DNA from: Mangrovibacter phragmitis
Lineage (GTDB): Bacteria > Pseudomonadota > Gammaproteobacteria > Enterobacterales > Enterobacteriaceae
NCBI RefSeq assembly: GCF_001655675.1
Contig: NZ_LYRP01000008.1
Span: forward strand, 18,873-50,872
Direction: 5' to 3'
DNA length: 32,000 nucleotides
Below, one piece after another: positions 1 through 11,436 of the stretch. Both the position numbers and the translations under genes were made by a program. Each line of letters begins with the position of its first letter. The stretch's first letter is position 1. Below the pieces are notes generated by a model. It was given only the letters and a program-made list of their open reading frames with translations. It made no database searches and was not told the DNA's origin.

Positions 1-27
1 GAATTTCTGGACGCAAACCTGGCATAA
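1..27 (+). CDS. trxA: thioredoxin 1, 3' end only (5' part lies outside the window)
   Basis: Frame 1 reads EFLDANLA then TAA, the C-terminus of E. coli-type TrxA. Its position directly upstream of rho matches trxA-rho synteny. Confidence 0.7.
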   Translation, partial: EFLDANLA

Positions 28-199
28 TTTTGCCTTGCCGGCGCATCCAGTTTTCCATAAATGTTGTGGACTGCTGGACGCCCGGCATTTGTCGTGCTAA
101 GTTATGGCTAACTTCTTTTGAACATGTCTTTCGTTTGAATCTTGTATTATCCCTAAAGCCTTGCAAATTCTGTATTAAGCGTTTTTTGTAAGCTAAGTA

Positions 200-371
200 A
201 TTTATTCAGGGTTGTCCCCTTATTCCGTCTTATCGAATCAGTTCTGTGTTTTTCCTCAACCAGGCAGCGGTCAGACATAAGCGGCAACTGTTAACAGGCA
301 TGGATGAACCCTTCCATACCATTTCATGATACTAAGTTCGAGATTTACCCCGAGTTTAAGAACCCACCACT
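200..371 (+). promoter_or_regulatory. rho 5' leader with C-rich, G-poor rut-like tracts (candidate autogenous Rho-dependent attenuator)
   Basis: A 344-nt non-coding gap precedes rho. Segments such as gttgtccccttattccgtcttatc (211-234), cccttccataccatttc (310-326) and tttaccccgag...aacccaccac (345-370) are C-rich and G-poor. E. coli rho is known to be attenuated by Rho in its own leader. The boundaries are approximate. Confidence 0.35.
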
Positions 372-1631
372 ATGAATCTTACCGAATTAAAGAATACGCC
401 GGTTTCTGAGCTGATTACTCTCGGCGAAAATATGGGGCTGGAAAACCTTGCCCGTATGCGCAAACAGGACATCATCTTCGCTATTCTCAAGCAACATGCG
501 AAAAGTGGGGAAGATATCTTTGGTGACGGTGTACTGGAGATATTGCAGGATGGTTTCGGTTTCCTCCGTTCTGCAGACAGCTCCTACCTCGCCGGTCCTG
601 ATGACATCTACGTTTCTCCCAGCCAAATCCGCCGTTTCAACCTCCGTACCGGGGACACTATCTCAGGTAAGATTCGTCCGCCGAAAGAAGGTGAACGCTA
701 TTTCGCGCTGCTGAAAGTTAACGAAGTTAACTACGACAAGCCAGAAAACGCACGTAGCAAAATTCTGTTTGAAAACCTTACTCCACTGCACGCCAACTCA
801 CGTTTGCGTATGGAGCGCGGTAACGGTTCAACAGAAGACCTCACCGCTCGTGTGCTGGATCTGGCTTCCCCGATTGGCCGTGGCCAGCGTGGTTTGATTG
901 TGGCTCCGCCAAAAGCGGGGAAAACAATGCTGCTGCAGAATATTGCTCAGAGCATTGCTTATAACCACCCTGATTGCGTGCTGATGGTTCTGCTGATTGA
1001 CGAACGTCCGGAAGAAGTAACCGAAATGCAGCGTCTGGTAAAAGGCGAAGTGGTCGCGTCTACGTTTGACGAACCAGCCTCCCGCCACGTTCAGGTTGCT
1101 GAAATGGTGATTGAGAAAGCAAAACGCCTGGTTGAACATAAAAAAGACGTTATCATTCTTCTCGATTCCATTACCCGTCTGGCGCGTGCTTATAACACCG
1201 TGGTACCGGCTTCAGGTAAAGTCCTGACTGGTGGTGTGGATGCGAATGCATTGCATCGCCCGAAACGTTTCTTCGGTGCTGCGCGTAACGTTGAAGAAGG
1301 CGGCAGCCTGACAATTATCGCAACTGCGCTGATTGATACCGGGTCCAAAATGGACGAGGTTATCTACGAAGAATTTAAAGGCACCGGTAACATGGAACTG
1401 CACTTGTCCCGTAAGATTGCGGAAAAACGCGTCTTCCCGGCAATCGACTACAACCGTTCCGGTACCCGTAAAGAAGAGCTGTTGACCACTTCTGAAGAAC
1501 TGCAGAAAATGTGGATCCTGCGTAAAATTATCCACCCGATGGGGGAAATTGACGCAATGGAGTTCCTGATTAACAAGCTGGCGATGACGAAGACCAATGA
1601 CGAGTTCTTCGACATGATGAAGCGCTCATAA
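372..1631 (+). CDS. rho: transcription termination factor Rho
   Basis: 419 aa, near-identical by eye to E. coli Rho ([40 protein letters not shown]...). It has the Walker A motif APPKAGKT and the C-terminus ...[11 protein letters not shown]. Confidence 0.98.
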   Translation: MNLTELKNTPVSELITLGENMGLENLARMRKQDIIFAILKQHAKSGEDIFGDGVLEILQDGFGFLRSADSSYLAGPDDIYVSPSQIRRFNLRTGDTISGKIRPPKEGERYFALLKVNEVNYDKPENARSKILFENLTPLHANSRLRMERGNGSTEDLTARVLDLASPIGRGQRGLIVAPPKAGKTMLLQNIAQSIAYNHPDCVLMVLLIDERPEEVTEMQRLVKGEVVASTFDEPASRHVQVAEMVIEKAKRLVEHKKDVIILLDSITRLARAYNTVVPASGKVLTGGVDANALHRPKRFFGAARNVEEGGSLTIIATALIDTGSKMDEVIYEEFKGTGNMELHLSRKIAEKRVFPAIDYNRSGTRKEELLTTSEELQKMWILRKIIHPMGEIDAMEFLINKLAMTKTNDEFFDMMKRS

Positions 1632-1649
1632 TTTCAGGTTAACTCGGGG

Positions 1650-1680
1650 AACGCCACGCACTGACGTGGCGTTTTTCTTT
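1650..1680 (+). terminator. intrinsic terminator of rho
   Basis: AACGCCACG (1650-1658) pairs with CGTGGCGTT (1665-1673) around a 6-nt loop. It is followed by TTTTTCTTT and lies 19 nt after the rho stop. Confidence 0.85.
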
Positions 1681-1683
1681 ATC

Positions 1684-1692
1684 TGCTATAAT
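1684..1692 (+). promoter_or_regulatory. candidate extended -10 element (TGcTATAAT) for the wec/ECA operon
   Basis: An exact TGnTATAAT lies just downstream of the rho terminator and about 140 nt upstream of wecA. There is no good -35, which extended -10 promoters tolerate. Sequence match only. Confidence 0.3.
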
Positions 1693-1831
1693 TCCATCGC
1701 CAGCATTGAGGCTGGTAACATCCGGGCAGTGGAAGCAAAAAGAAGTAAGAGGATTTCGGATACCTTCGACATTTTTTGCGTATTACAATAGTGCCCTTTG
1801 CTTGTGCATGTAGCGCAGAGAGTTATTTAAC

Positions 1832-2947
1832 GTGAATCTACTCGGTATGAGTACGGACATCCTGTGTGTCTTTTTCTTCACTTTCGCTTTCCTCTTTTTT
1901 GCCAGAAAAATGGCAAAACGGATTGGTCTTGTAGACCGTCCTAACTACCGAAAACGGCACCAGGGGCTCGTCCCTTTAGTCGGTGGTATCTCTGTCTATG
2001 TCGGTATTTGTGCGGCGTTTCTTGTCGCCAGCATTAATTCACTTTACTACGTCCCCCATGCAAAGTTGTATCTGACCTGCTCGGGTGTTCTGGTTCTGGT
2101 CGGCGCACTTGATGACAGGTTTGATATCAGCGTGAAATTCCGCGCTTTTGTTCAGGCCGCTATTGCCATTGTCATAATGGTTATGGGCAATTTGTATCTG
2201 AGCAGCCTGGGTCATGTGTTTGGCGCATGGGAAATGGAGCTTGGCCCCTTCGGTTATTTTCTGACTTTGTTCGCAGTGTGGGCTGCTATCAACGCCTTTA
2301 ACATGGTTGATGGTATTGATGGCCTGCTGGGCGGGCTTTCCAGTGTTTCTTTTGCCGCGTTGGGTATCATCCTGTGGTTTAACGGCCAGGTGAGCCTGGC
2401 AATGTGGTGCTTTGCCATGATTGCCGCCATTATGCCTTACATTCTGCTCAACCTGGGTGTACTGGGGCGTCGCTATAAAGTTTTCATGGGCGATGCGGGC
2501 AGTACCCTGATTGGTTTTACCATTATCTGGATATTACTGGAAACCACACAGGGGGAGAACCCACCGATTAATCCGGTCACCGCGTTGTGGGTAATTGCCA
2601 TTCCGCTGATGGATATGGTTGCCATTATGTACCGTCGGCTCCGGAAAGGCATGAGCCCCTTTTCACCTGATCGGCAGCATATTCATCACCTGATAATGCG
2701 GGCCGGTTTTTCATCCCGTCAGGCATTTGTCCTGATTACCCTGGCGGCAGCCTTGTTAGCCACTTTTGGCGTGCTGTGCGAGTATTTCCAACTGATGCCA
2801 GAATGGGGCATGTTGATGTGCTTTTTGCCTGCCTTTCTGCTGTACGGCTACTGTATAAAACGAGCATGGAAAGTTGTGCGTTTCATCAAACGTGTCAAAC
2901 GGCGTATTCGTCGTAGCTCTCACCGTAATCCAACGTTAACCAAATAA
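1832..2947 (+). CDS. wecA: UDP-GlcNAc:undecaprenyl-phosphate GlcNAc-1-phosphate transferase
   Basis: GTG start. The 371-aa polytopic membrane protein is collinear with E. coli WecA (MNLL..STD..., NAFNMVDGIDGL, FMGDAGS, ...IKRAWKV.RFIKRVKRR). Confidence 0.95.
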   Translation: MNLLGMSTDILCVFFFTFAFLFFARKMAKRIGLVDRPNYRKRHQGLVPLVGGISVYVGICAAFLVASINSLYYVPHAKLYLTCSGVLVLVGALDDRFDISVKFRAFVQAAIAIVIMVMGNLYLSSLGHVFGAWEMELGPFGYFLTLFAVWAAINAFNMVDGIDGLLGGLSSVSFAALGIILWFNGQVSLAMWCFAMIAAIMPYILLNLGVLGRRYKVFMGDAGSTLIGFTIIWILLETTQGENPPINPVTALWVIAIPLMDMVAIMYRRLRKGMSPFSPDRQHIHHLIMRAGFSSRQAFVLITLAAALLATFGVLCEYFQLMPEWGMLMCFLPAFLLYGYCIKRAWKVVRFIKRVKRRIRRSSHRNPTLTK

Positions 2948-2961
2948 TTTTCGGGAAAACA

Positions 2962-4002
2962 ATGAGACAAGAGTCAACTGATGAGCAATATGGGGTGGAT
3001 AACCAGCTGGATATCCGTGAACTGTTTCGCACACTGTGGGCAGGAAAAGCATGGATTGCCGGTGTTGCCGTGCTGTTTGGGTTGCTGGCGCTTGTCTATA
3101 GCTTTCTTGCCAAACAAGAGTGGAGTGCTACCGCAATTACGGACCAGCCAACAGTCAATATGCTGAACAGCTTCTACTCTCAGCAGCAGTTTTTGCAAAA
3201 CCTGGATATCAAATCATCACTGATTTCGCCCGACCAGCCTTCGCCAATGGCTGAGGCCTATAAAGAATTCGTGATGCAGTTGTCTTCCTGGGATACCCGG
3301 CGGGCATTTTGGTTGCAGACAGATTATTACAAACAGCGCCAGACCAGTAACAGTCATAATAATGCGGTATTGCTGGATGAGCTGATTAATAATATCCAGT
3401 TTATCCCTGCAGACCCGGCACATAACACTAACGACAGTACCCGCCTCGAGGCAGAAAATGCGCCATCAGCGAATAACCTGTTACGGCAGTACATCGCTTT
3501 CGCCAGCCAGCGTGCTGCTCATCATCTTAATGGTGAGCTGAGAGGTGCATGGGCGGCGCGTACCGTACAGATGCAGGCACAAATTAAACGCCAGGATGCA
3601 GTGGCGAAAGCGGTGTATCAGCGCAAGCTGCATAACATTCAGGCTGCGCTGGCGATAGCGGAGCAGCAAAATATTACTCATAACCAGCTTACCTCACCGG
3701 CTGAGGAACTGCCGCCTTCTGAATTGTTTATGTTGGGGCGCCCCCTGTTGAAAGCGCAACTGGAAAACCTGGAAGCAACCGGGCCTGATTACAATATGGA
3801 TTACGAGCAAAATCGCGCCATGCTGGCTACGCTGGCGGTGGGGCCAGTACTTGATAATAACTTTCAAACATACCGCTATCTGAGAACACCGGAAGAACCG
3901 GTTAAACGGGACAGTCCGCGGCGTGTTTTCTTATTAGTAATGTGGGGCTTTATTGGTGCGTTGGTTGGGGCCGGAGTGGCTCTGGCACGCCGCAAGGCAT
4001 AG
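2962..4002 (+). CDS. wzzE: ECA polysaccharide chain-length modulation protein
   Basis: 346 aa, collinear with E. coli WzzE ([14 protein letters not shown]..., ...[18 protein letters not shown]). It has N- and C-terminal TM segments typical of PCP-1 proteins. Confidence 0.93.
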   Translation: MRQESTDEQYGVDNQLDIRELFRTLWAGKAWIAGVAVLFGLLALVYSFLAKQEWSATAITDQPTVNMLNSFYSQQQFLQNLDIKSSLISPDQPSPMAEAYKEFVMQLSSWDTRRAFWLQTDYYKQRQTSNSHNNAVLLDELINNIQFIPADPAHNTNDSTRLEAENAPSANNLLRQYIAFASQRAAHHLNGELRGAWAARTVQMQAQIKRQDAVAKAVYQRKLHNIQAALAIAEQQNITHNQLTSPAEELPPSELFMLGRPLLKAQLENLEATGPDYNMDYEQNRAMLATLAVGPVLDNNFQTYRYLRTPEEPVKRDSPRRVFLLVMWGFIGALVGAGVALARRKA

Positions 4003-4043
4003 CGAACTACCATTATAAAGTCTCCCAAAGAAAGAGAATAAAC

Positions 4044-5174
4044 GTGAAAGTTTTAACCGTTTTTGGCACAAGACCTGAAGCTATCAAAATGGCTCCTTTG
4101 GTCCATGCTCTGGGAAATGACCCTTTTTTTGAGTCAAAAGTTTGTGTCACCGCCCAGCATCGGGAGATGCTGGATCAGGTGCTGCATCTTTTCTCAATCA
4201 CTCCGGATTATGATTTAAATATCATGCAACCGGGTCAGGGGTTAACTGAAATCACTTGTCGAATCCTGGAAGGGTTAAAGCCCATCCTGATATCGTATCA
4301 GCCTGATGTGGTTCTGGTTCATGGTGACACCACCACTACCATGGCTACCAGCCTGGCGGCATTTTACCAGCGAATCCCCGTAGGGCATGTTGAGGCCGGG
4401 TTACGTACCGGGGATCTCTACTCACCCTGGCCGGAAGAAGCAAACCGGACATTAACTGGCCGGCTGGCACATTATCACTTTGCCCCCACAGATAACGCCC
4501 GCCAAAACCTGCTGCATGAAAATGTGGCAGACAGGCATATCTTTGTAACGGGGAATACCGTGATAGACGCGTTGCTGTCAGTCAGTGATCGCGCTTTGCA
4601 GGACAGCGCTTTGCGCCAACGAATGGAAAAGCACTACCCCTTCCTCAATAACGACAAGAAAACCATCCTGGTAACCGGGCATCGTCGGGAAAGCTTTGGC
4701 CGTGGGTTTGAGCAGATTTGCCATGCACTGGCGGAAATTGCTGCCAACTGGCCTGATGTGCAAATTGTCTATCCTGTGCATTTGAACCCTAACGTCAGTG
4801 AACCCGTTACCCGAATTCTGGGGCATGTTGAAAACGTGGCGCTGATTGAACCTCAGGATTATTTGCCTTTCGTATGGCTGATGAACCACGCCTGGCTCAT
4901 CCTGACTGATTCAGGGGGGATTCAGGAGGAGGCACCTTCACTGGGTAAACCGGTCTTAGTGATGCGCGATACCACTGAGCGCCCTGAAGCGATTGATGCC
5001 GGAACAGTGAGGTTAGTGGGAACGAATAAAAGCAATATCGTTGCTGCTGTTACACAGTTGCTGACACAGGATGCTATTTACCAGCAAATGAGCAAAGCGC
5101 ATAACCCTTATGGGGATGGCATGGCATGCCAGCGTATTTTAACCGCGTTAAAAAACAACCAGGTAACATTATGA
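4044..5174 (+). CDS. wecB: UDP-N-acetylglucosamine 2-epimerase
   Basis: GTG at 4044 gives (M)[22 protein letters not shown]..., the canonical WecB N-terminus. The rest is collinear with E. coli WecB. The track ORF start at 3942 lies inside wzzE and has no homology support. Confidence 0.93.
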   Translation: MKVLTVFGTRPEAIKMAPLVHALGNDPFFESKVCVTAQHREMLDQVLHLFSITPDYDLNIMQPGQGLTEITCRILEGLKPILISYQPDVVLVHGDTTTTMATSLAAFYQRIPVGHVEAGLRTGDLYSPWPEEANRTLTGRLAHYHFAPTDNARQNLLHENVADRHIFVTGNTVIDALLSVSDRALQDSALRQRMEKHYPFLNNDKKTILVTGHRRESFGRGFEQICHALAEIAANWPDVQIVYPVHLNPNVSEPVTRILGHVENVALIEPQDYLPFVWLMNHAWLILTDSGGIQEEAPSLGKPVLVMRDTTERPEAIDAGTVRLVGTNKSNIVAAVTQLLTQDAIYQQMSKAHNPYGDGMACQRILTALKNNQVTL

Positions 5175-6430
5175 ATTTTTCTACCATATCCGTGATTGGT
5201 CTTGGCTATATTGGGTTACCCACGGCGGCGGCATTTGCCTCACGGCAGAAACAGGTTATTGGCGTGGATATCAATGCGCATGCTGTTGACACCATCAATC
5301 GTGGGGAAATTCATATTGTCGAACCCGAACTGGATCTCGTAGTAAAACAGGCCGTTCAGGAGGGTTATTTACGGGCATCAGAGGTACCGGTTGAAGCGGA
5401 TGCTTACCTGATTGCGGTTCCCACACCATTTCAGGATGCTCATGCACCGGATATGCGCTTTGTCAGAGCGGCAACTGAATCCATTGCGCCGGTATTGAAA
5501 AAAGGCGCGCTGGTTATTCTGGAATCGACCTCCCCGGTAGGCAGTACCGAGCAAATGGCACAATGGCTGGCAGCACTGCGCCCTGATCTCACTTTCCCAC
5601 AACAGGCAGGTGATAAGGCGGATGTGAATATCGCCTATTGCCCGGAACGCGTGTTACCCGGCCAGGTCATGGTGGAACTGATAAAAAATGACCGCGTAAT
5701 TGGTGGGATGACACCAACATGCTCCACCCGCGCCAGCGCACTATATAACATTTTCCTGGAAGGGGAGTGTGTGGTAACGAATGCCCGCACTGCCGAGATG
5801 TGCAAACTGACTGAGAACAGTTTCCGTGATGTTAATATCGCGTTTGCGAACGAACTGTCACTGATTTGTGCCGAACAGGACATCAATGTATGGGAACTGA
5901 TTCGCCTGGCTAACCGTCACCCACGCGTGAACATCTTGCAGCCCGGCCCTGGTGTCGGTGGGCACTGCATTGCGGTGGATCCCTGGTTTATTGTTTCACA
6001 AAATCCCCAGCAGGCACGCCTGATTCGCACAGCACGCGAAGTGAACGACTACAAACCACACTGGGTCATTGAACGGGTGAAAGCGACGCTGGCCGATTGC
6101 CTGGTAGAGAGTGGCCGCAAAGCCAGTGAACTCACCATTGCCTGTTTTGGCCTGGCATTTAAACCTAATATCGACGATTTGCGGGAAAGCCCGGCCATGG
6201 AAATCACCCGGTTAATTGCTGAGTGGCACAGTGGAACAACCCTGGTGGTAGAGCCTAACATTCACCAGTTACCGGCCAGTTTGGCTCATTGCCAACTGAC
6301 AGAGACTCAGGATGCACTAAAACATGCCGATATTCTGGTTATGTTAGTGGATCACGCCCCATTCTGCGCGATTGCTCCGGAGGCAATTAAACAGCGTTGG
6401 GTGGTGGATACAAAAGGAGTCTGGCGATGA
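5171..6430 (+). CDS. wecC: UDP-N-acetyl-D-mannosamine dehydrogenase
   Basis: ATG at 5171 gives [35 protein letters not shown] (NAD-binding fold), collinear with E. coli WecC. The catalytic Cys region is [13 protein letters not shown]. There is an ATGA overlap with the wecB stop. Confidence 0.95.
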   Translation: MNFSTISVIGLGYIGLPTAAAFASRQKQVIGVDINAHAVDTINRGEIHIVEPELDLVVKQAVQEGYLRASEVPVEADAYLIAVPTPFQDAHAPDMRFVRAATESIAPVLKKGALVILESTSPVGSTEQMAQWLAALRPDLTFPQQAGDKADVNIAYCPERVLPGQVMVELIKNDRVIGGMTPTCSTRASALYNIFLEGECVVTNARTAEMCKLTENSFRDVNIAFANELSLICAEQDINVWELIRLANRHPRVNILQPGPGVGGHCIAVDPWFIVSQNPQQARLIRTAREVNDYKPHWVIERVKATLADCLVESGRKASELTIACFGLAFKPNIDDLRESPAMEITRLIAEWHSGTTLVVEPNIHQLPASLAHCQLTETQDALKHADILVMLVDHAPFCAIAPEAIKQRWVVDTKGVWR

Positions 6431-7506
6431 AAAAAGTGTTGGTGACAGGAGGGGCAGGTTTTATTGGCTCTGCCGTGGTGCGTTATATTCTTGAACAAAC
6501 CCGTGATTCCGTGGTGGTGGTGGATAAACTGACTTATGCGGGTAACCTGTCATCCCTGGCGCCGGTTGCATCATTACCGGGGTTTGCATTTGAACAGGCT
6601 GATATTGGCGACGGACCTGAGATGGCGCGTATTCTGGATTCGTACCAGCCAGATGTCGTGATGCACCTTGCTGCAGAAAGCCATGTGGATCGTTCTATTG
6701 ATGGTCCTGCTGCGTTTATCGATACCAATATTGTTGGCACTTATACCTTGCTGGAAGCGGCACGCCATTACTGGCAAACTCTGGAGCCGGTTAAAAAGCA
6801 GGCATTCCGTTTCCACCATATTTCTACCGATGAAGTCTATGGTGATCTGCACGGCAGCAACGGCTTCTTCACCGAACAAACACCTTATGCACCCAGCAGC
6901 CCCTACAGTGCGTCCAAAGCCGCCAGCGATCATCTGGTGCGTGCATGGTCCCGTACTTATGGCCTGCCTGTCATAGTGACTAACTGTTCTAACAACTACG
7001 GCCCATATCATTTCCCGGAAAAACTCATACCGCTGACCATTCTTAATGGCCTGGCTGGAAAACCGCTGCCAGTGTATGGCGATGGGCAACAGATTCGCGA
7101 CTGGTTGTATGTTGATGACCATGCCAGGGCACTTTACCTGGTGGCAACCACGGGTAAAACCGGTGAAACCTGGAATATTGGTGGTCATAATGAGCGCACG
7201 AATCTGGAAGTGGTCGAAACGGTTTGTGCTCTTCTGGAAGAGTTGGTGCCAGAGAAACCAACTGGTGTCAGCCATTATCGTGACTTAATCACATTTGTTG
7301 CTGACAGACCAGGGCACGATGTGCGTTATGCCATTGATGCAGCCAAAATTGCCCGGGAACTGGGTTGGCTTCCGCAGGAATCATTTGAAAGTGGGATGCG
7401 CAAAACGGTTATCTGGTATTTGTCGCATAAAACGTGGTGGCAGCAGGTGCTGGATGGTTCTTATCAGGGCCAACGTTTGGGGCTGCCAGGTAAAGAGAAG
7501 GAGTAA
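6427..7506 (+). CDS. rffG: dTDP-glucose 4,6-dehydratase
   Basis: ATG at 6427 gives [22 protein letters not shown]... It has the SDR motifs GGAGFIGS and YSASK and is collinear with E. coli RffG. There is an ATGA overlap with the wecC stop. Confidence 0.95.
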   Translation: MKKVLVTGGAGFIGSAVVRYILEQTRDSVVVVDKLTYAGNLSSLAPVASLPGFAFEQADIGDGPEMARILDSYQPDVVMHLAAESHVDRSIDGPAAFIDTNIVGTYTLLEAARHYWQTLEPVKKQAFRFHHISTDEVYGDLHGSNGFFTEQTPYAPSSPYSASKAASDHLVRAWSRTYGLPVIVTNCSNNYGPYHFPEKLIPLTILNGLAGKPLPVYGDGQQIRDWLYVDDHARALYLVATTGKTGETWNIGGHNERTNLEVVETVCALLEELVPEKPTGVSHYRDLITFVADRPGHDVRYAIDAAKIARELGWLPQESFESGMRKTVIWYLSHKTWWQQVLDGSYQGQRLGLPGKEKE

Positions 7507-7509
7507 CGC

Positions 7510-8391
7510 ATGAAGGGAATTATTCTTGCAGGGGGAACGGGGACACGTCTTCACCCCATTACGCGTGGTGTCTCCAAGCAGTTATTACCTGTGTACGACA
7601 AACCCATGATTTACTACCCGCTGTCTGTGCTGATGTTGGCGAAAATTCGCGATATTCTCATCATTACGACGCCGGAAGATAAACCTTATTTTCAACGTTT
7701 GCTTGGCTCCGGTGACGAGTTTGGCGTACACCTGAGTTACGCTGAACAGCCAAGCCCCGATGGGCTGGCACAGGCTTTTCTGATTGGTGAAACCTTTCTT
7801 GATGGTGATGCCTCCTGCCTGGTTCTTGGCGACAATATCTTTTTTGGTCAGGGGTTCAGCCCTAAACTGCATCATGCAGCCTCACGTAAGCAAGGCGCTA
7901 CAGTCTTTGGCTACCAGGTGATGGACCCTGAGCGTTTTGGCGTCGTGGATTTTGATGATAATTTCCGGGCGCTGTCTATTGAAGAAAAACCGCAAAAACC
8001 AAAATCCAACTGGGCAGTAACCGGGTTGTATTTTTATGACAACAAGGTAGTGGACTATGCTCGCCAGGTGAAGCCGTCACCGCGCGGCGAACTGGAAATC
8101 ACTTCAATTAACCAAATATATCTGGAGCAAGGTGAGTTGTCGGTAGAAAAACTGGGCCGTGGTTTTGCCTGGCTGGATACTGGTACTCACGATAGCCTGC
8201 TGGAAGCCAGCTCTTTTGTGCAAACAGTAGAAAAGCGCCAGGGCTTCAAAATTGCCTGCCTTGAAGAGATAGCCTGGCGTAACGGTTGGCTGGATGACGA
8301 CGATGTCCGCCGTGCAGCACAGGCTCTGGCGAAGACTGGGTACGGCCAGTACCTGCAGGAGTTGTTACGTGGTTATTCACGCAAGCGTTGA
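7510..8391 (+). CDS. rffH: glucose-1-phosphate thymidylyltransferase
   Basis: 293 aa, starting [38 protein letters not shown]..., collinear with E. coli RffH. Confidence 0.95.
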   Translation: MKGIILAGGTGTRLHPITRGVSKQLLPVYDKPMIYYPLSVLMLAKIRDILIITTPEDKPYFQRLLGSGDEFGVHLSYAEQPSPDGLAQAFLIGETFLDGDASCLVLGDNIFFGQGFSPKLHHAASRKQGATVFGYQVMDPERFGVVDFDDNFRALSIEEKPQKPKSNWAVTGLYFYDNKVVDYARQVKPSPRGELEITSINQIYLEQGELSVEKLGRGFAWLDTGTHDSLLEASSFVQTVEKRQGFKIACLEEIAWRNGWLDDDDVRRAAQALAKTGYGQYLQELLRGYSRKR

Positions 8392-9052
8392 ACCCCTTGA
8401 ATGGGAAAGCACCTTTTTCAACATTCATTCGGGAATTATCCATTTTTCCGATTCTGCTGCGCCACTCACTGTGGCGCAATTGACTTGTTGGTCACGGGTA
8501 CAGGCAAAAATTGACGCCGCCGATACCGCCCGGCTGTCGGCTTTGCAGACACTGGGGTTTCAGGTGGTGGAAGCAGAAATGGATTTTGTGTTGAGTGTAG
8601 ATCTCCCTCCTGGCGGGCAGTCTGAACCACTTCCCATTGCCAGGGAACATGATATTCCTGCGTTGCGTACCTTAGCTGAAACATTGTTCACTCACAGCCG
8701 TTTTGGTACGCCATGGTATGCGCCTGGCGAAAGCGGGCGTTTTTATGGTCAGTGGGTGGAAAATGCAGTACGGGGGACTTTTGATGATGTTTGCCTGCTG
8801 GCTTATGATGCCACAGGTCTGATCTCAGGGTTTGTTACCCTACGGCGGTTACCCGGCAACCAGGCAAGAGTCGGGCTGTTGGGCGGTAAGGGTGCTGGGG
8901 CAGTATTAATGGCACTGGCACAAGGCTGGTGCCGGCAGCAAAAAATAGCGGGCTTACATGTCGCAACGCAGTTTGGCAATTTGCCAGCGTTGCGCCGCTA
9001 TGTTTTAAGTGGTGCACAGCCAGTTGGCACAGCGTACTGGCTCTACAGGTGA
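8369..9052 (+). CDS. wecD: dTDP-fucosamine (4-amino-4,6-dideoxygalactose) N-acetyltransferase
   Basis: GNAT-type protein collinear with E. coli WecD/RffC (...[13 protein letters not shown]..., ...AYWLYR). I chose the GTG at 8369 because AGGAG (8357-8361) lies 7 nt upstream and the product matches the E. coli N-terminus (MPVRASIEPLTWE). The ATG at 8294 would overlap rffH by 98 nt. The start is less certain than the gene call. Confidence 0.8.
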   Translation: MVIHASVEPLEWESTFFNIHSGIIHFSDSAAPLTVAQLTCWSRVQAKIDAADTARLSALQTLGFQVVEAEMDFVLSVDLPPGGQSEPLPIAREHDIPALRTLAETLFTHSRFGTPWYAPGESGRFYGQWVENAVRGTFDDVCLLAYDATGLISGFVTLRRLPGNQARVGLLGGKGAGAVLMALAQGWCRQQKIAGLHVATQFGNLPALRRYVLSGAQPVGTAYWLYR

Positions 9053-9058
9053 GAAAAG

Positions 9059-10189
9059 ATGATTCCTTTTAATGCCCCACCCATAGTGGGAACTGAACTT
9101 GAATATATGCAATCTGCGATGGAAAGCGGGAAGTTATGTGGTGATGGCGGGTTTACTCGCCGCTGCCAGCAATGGATGGAGCATCGCTTTTCCTGTAAGA
9201 AAGTCCTGTTAACGCCATCCTGCACCGCTTCTCTGGAAATGGCCGCCATGCTGATTGATATTCAGCCGGGCGATGAAGTGATAATGCCTTCATTTACTTT
9301 CGTCTCTACAGCGAATGCCTTTGTGCTGCGCGGGGCAAAAATCGTGTTTGTTGATATTCGCCCGGATACGATGAACATTGATGAAACGAAAATTGAAGCT
9401 GCCATTACCGAAAAAACCCGTGCGATTGTGCCGGTTCATTACGCCGGTGTTGCCTGTGAGATGGGTACCATCATGCGTCTTGCAGAACAGTATAATCTCT
9501 ATGTGATTGAAGATGCGGCTCAAGGGGTGATGTCGACCTGGCAAGGTCGGGCACTGGGGACTATTGGCCATATTGGCTGCTTTAGTTTTCATGAAACCAA
9601 AAACTACACAGCCGGTGGAGAAGGTGGTGCAACGCTGATTAACGAGGCATCGCTGATCGAACGGGCTGAAATCATTCGTGAAAAAGGCACTAACCGCAGC
9701 CAGTTCTTTCGTGGGCAAGTGGATAAATACACCTGGCGTGATCTTGGCTCAAGCTACCTGATGGCAGACTTACAGGCGGCTTACCTGTGGGCACAACTGG
9801 AAGTGGCTGATCGGGTAAATGAGCAGCGTGTTGCTCTGTGGAACAACTATTTCCGTGCTCTGGAACCTCTGGCGCGGGCAGGGCGCATTGAGTTACCCAC
9901 CATCCCGGCAAACTGCCGCCACAATGCGCATATGTTCTATATCAAATTGCGTGATATGGATGATCGCAATGCGCTGATTGCGTTTTTGAAAGAAGCGGAG
10001 ATCCTGGCTGTTTTCCATTATATTCCGTTGCATTCCAGCCCGGCAGGTCTGAGTTTTGGCGAATTTCATGGAGAAGACCACTTCACTACGGCAGAAAGTG
10101 AACGCCTGCTGCGGTTGCCTTTATTCTATAATCTGGCACCAGTTAATCAGCGCACGGTTATCACTACGCTATTGAGTTACTTCTCCTGA
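9059..10189 (+). CDS. wecE: dTDP-4-amino-4,6-dideoxygalactose transaminase
   Basis: 376 aa, starting MIPFNAPPIVGTELEYMQSAMESGKLCGDGGFTRRCQQW... It is a DegT/DnrJ/EryC1-type PLP enzyme (SFHETKN) and is collinear with E. coli WecE. Confidence 0.95.
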   Translation: MIPFNAPPIVGTELEYMQSAMESGKLCGDGGFTRRCQQWMEHRFSCKKVLLTPSCTASLEMAAMLIDIQPGDEVIMPSFTFVSTANAFVLRGAKIVFVDIRPDTMNIDETKIEAAITEKTRAIVPVHYAGVACEMGTIMRLAEQYNLYVIEDAAQGVMSTWQGRALGTIGHIGCFSFHETKNYTAGGEGGATLINEASLIERAEIIREKGTNRSQFFRGQVDKYTWRDLGSSYLMADLQAAYLWAQLEVADRVNEQRVALWNNYFRALEPLARAGRIELPTIPANCRHNAHMFYIKLRDMDDRNALIAFLKEAEILAVFHYIPLHSSPAGLSFGEFHGEDHFTTAESERLLRLPLFYNLAPVNQRTVITTLLSYFS

Positions 10190-11436
10190 TGTCATTAGCC
10201 AGAGCAAGTGTGTGGACCGCCGCGTCCACACTGGTCAAGATAGCTGCAGGTTTATTAGTCGTTAAATTACTGGCGGTTTCATTCGGTCCTTCCGGTGTTG
10301 GTCTGGCTGGAAACTTCCGCCAGTTGGTTACTGTATTAGGTGTCATGGCGGGGGCAGGGATTTTTAATGGCGTGACACGAAGTATTGCGCAGCATCATCA
10401 CGACAACTCGGCATTACAACGAGTGGTAGGTAGTGCATCGGCTATTGTCCTGGGTTTTTCGGCTTTGCTCGCGGTTTTCTTTGTGCTGGCAGCCCGGCCC
10501 GTCAGTATTGCTTTGTTTGGTTCCAGTGATTATCAGGGGCTGATTTGCCTGGTGGCTCTGGTACAAATGGGCATAGCCTGGGCAAACCTGGTCCTGGCTG
10601 TACTCAAAGGTTTTCGGGATGCCGCCGGGAATGCACTGGCATTGATGACCGGGAGTGTTGTTGGTGTTGTAGCTTACTATATTTGCTACCGGCTGGGCGG
10701 TTACCATGGTGCGTTATTGGGGATTGCCTTAGTGCCGGCGCTGATTGCTTTGCCTGCGTCCTGGGTGCTATGGCGCAGGGGGAGAATCCCGCTGACCTGG
10801 TTCCGCCCCCGTTGGGATAATGCGCAGAGCCGCCTGTATGTACGTTTTACCATCATGGCTCTGATGACGACTGTCACGTTGCCTGTCGCCTGGGTAATGA
10901 TGCGTAACTTGCTGGCAGCGCATTACTCCTGGGAAGCCGTGGGTATCTGGCAAGGGGTAACCAGTATTTCAGACGCCTACCTGCAGTTTATTACCGCGTC
11001 ATTTAGTGTCTATTTACTTCCGACCTTGTCGCGTCTGACGGAAAAAAAAGATATTTCCCGTGAATTAGGCAAAGCTTTCCGGTTTGTGATCCCGGCGGTG
11101 ATGGCCGCCAGTTTTATGGTCTGGTTGCTGCGGGATTTTGCTATCTGGTTACTGTTTTCCCACCAGTTTGCTGCAATGCGTGACTTGTTTGCCTGGCAAC
11201 TGACCGGGGACGTATTCAAAGTCAGTGCTTATGTCTTTGGTTACCTGGTGATTGCAAAAGCCTCACTGCGTTGTTATTTGCTGACAGAAGTCAGCCAGTT
11301 TGTCTTACTGACAGGCTTTTCTCACTGGCTTATTCCGGCACATGGTGCACTGGGTGCCGCGCAGGCCTATATGGCGACTTATCTTGTTTATTTTGCGCTT
11401 TGTTTTAGCGTATTTTTTATCTGGCGCAGACAATGA
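10189..11436 (+). CDS. wzxE: lipid III (ECA unit) flippase
   Basis: 415-aa polytopic membrane protein starting [23 protein letters not shown]..., collinear with E. coli WzxE. The start overlaps the wecE stop (TGATG). Confidence 0.95.
   Translation: MSLARASVWTAASTLVKIAAGLLVVKLLAVSFGPSGVGLAGNFRQLVTVLGVMAGAGIFNGVTRSIAQHHHDNSALQRVVGSASAIVLGFSALLAVFFVLAARPVSIALFGSSDYQGLICLVALVQMGIAWANLVLAVLKGFRDAAGNALALMTGSVVGVVAYYICYRLGGYHGALLGIALVPALIALPASWVLWRRGRIPLTWFRPRWDNAQSRLYVRFTIMALMTTVTLPVAWVMMRNLLAAHYSWEAVGIWQGVTSISDAYLQFITASFSVYLLPTLSRLTEKKDISRELGKAFRFVIPAVMAASFMVWLLRDFAIWLLFSHQFAAMRDLFAWQLTGDVFKVSAYVFGYLVIAKASLRCYLLTEVSQFVLLTGFSHWLIPAHGALGAAQAYMATYLVYFALCFSVFFIWRRQ

Noticed and set aside
37-86. Imperfect inverted repeat after trxA (GCCGGCGCATCCAG ... 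CTGGACGCCCGGC)
   Set aside because: It could be a trxA terminator. However, it has a bulge, a mismatch, a 23-nt loop and only ATTT downstream, which is too weak to call.
61-329. Mini-ORFs in the rho leader (61-111, MLWTAGRPAFVVLSYG; 300-329, MDEPFHTIS) as possible rhoL equivalents
   Set aside because: There is no convincing SD, and neither resembles the E. coli rhoL peptide as I recall it. The status of rhoL is itself doubtful.
3942-4043. N-terminal extensions offered by the ORF track: wecB from 3942, wecC from 5126, rffG from 6397, wecD from 8294, xerC from 26374, uvrD from 28114 and corA from 30592
   Set aside because: Each extension overlaps the upstream gene or adds residues absent from the E. 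coli ortholog. The internal starts reproduce the conserved N-termini, and most form ATGA-type coupled junctions.
6574-7275. 233-aa ORF antisense to rffG, the longest unexplained ORF in the track
   Set aside because: It lies entirely inside the strongly homology-supported rffG on the opposite strand. The sequence is low-complexity and rich in R, C and W, typical of antisense frames, and I recognise no motif or SD/start context. It is most simply a stop-codon-poor shadow frame of a highly expressed gene.
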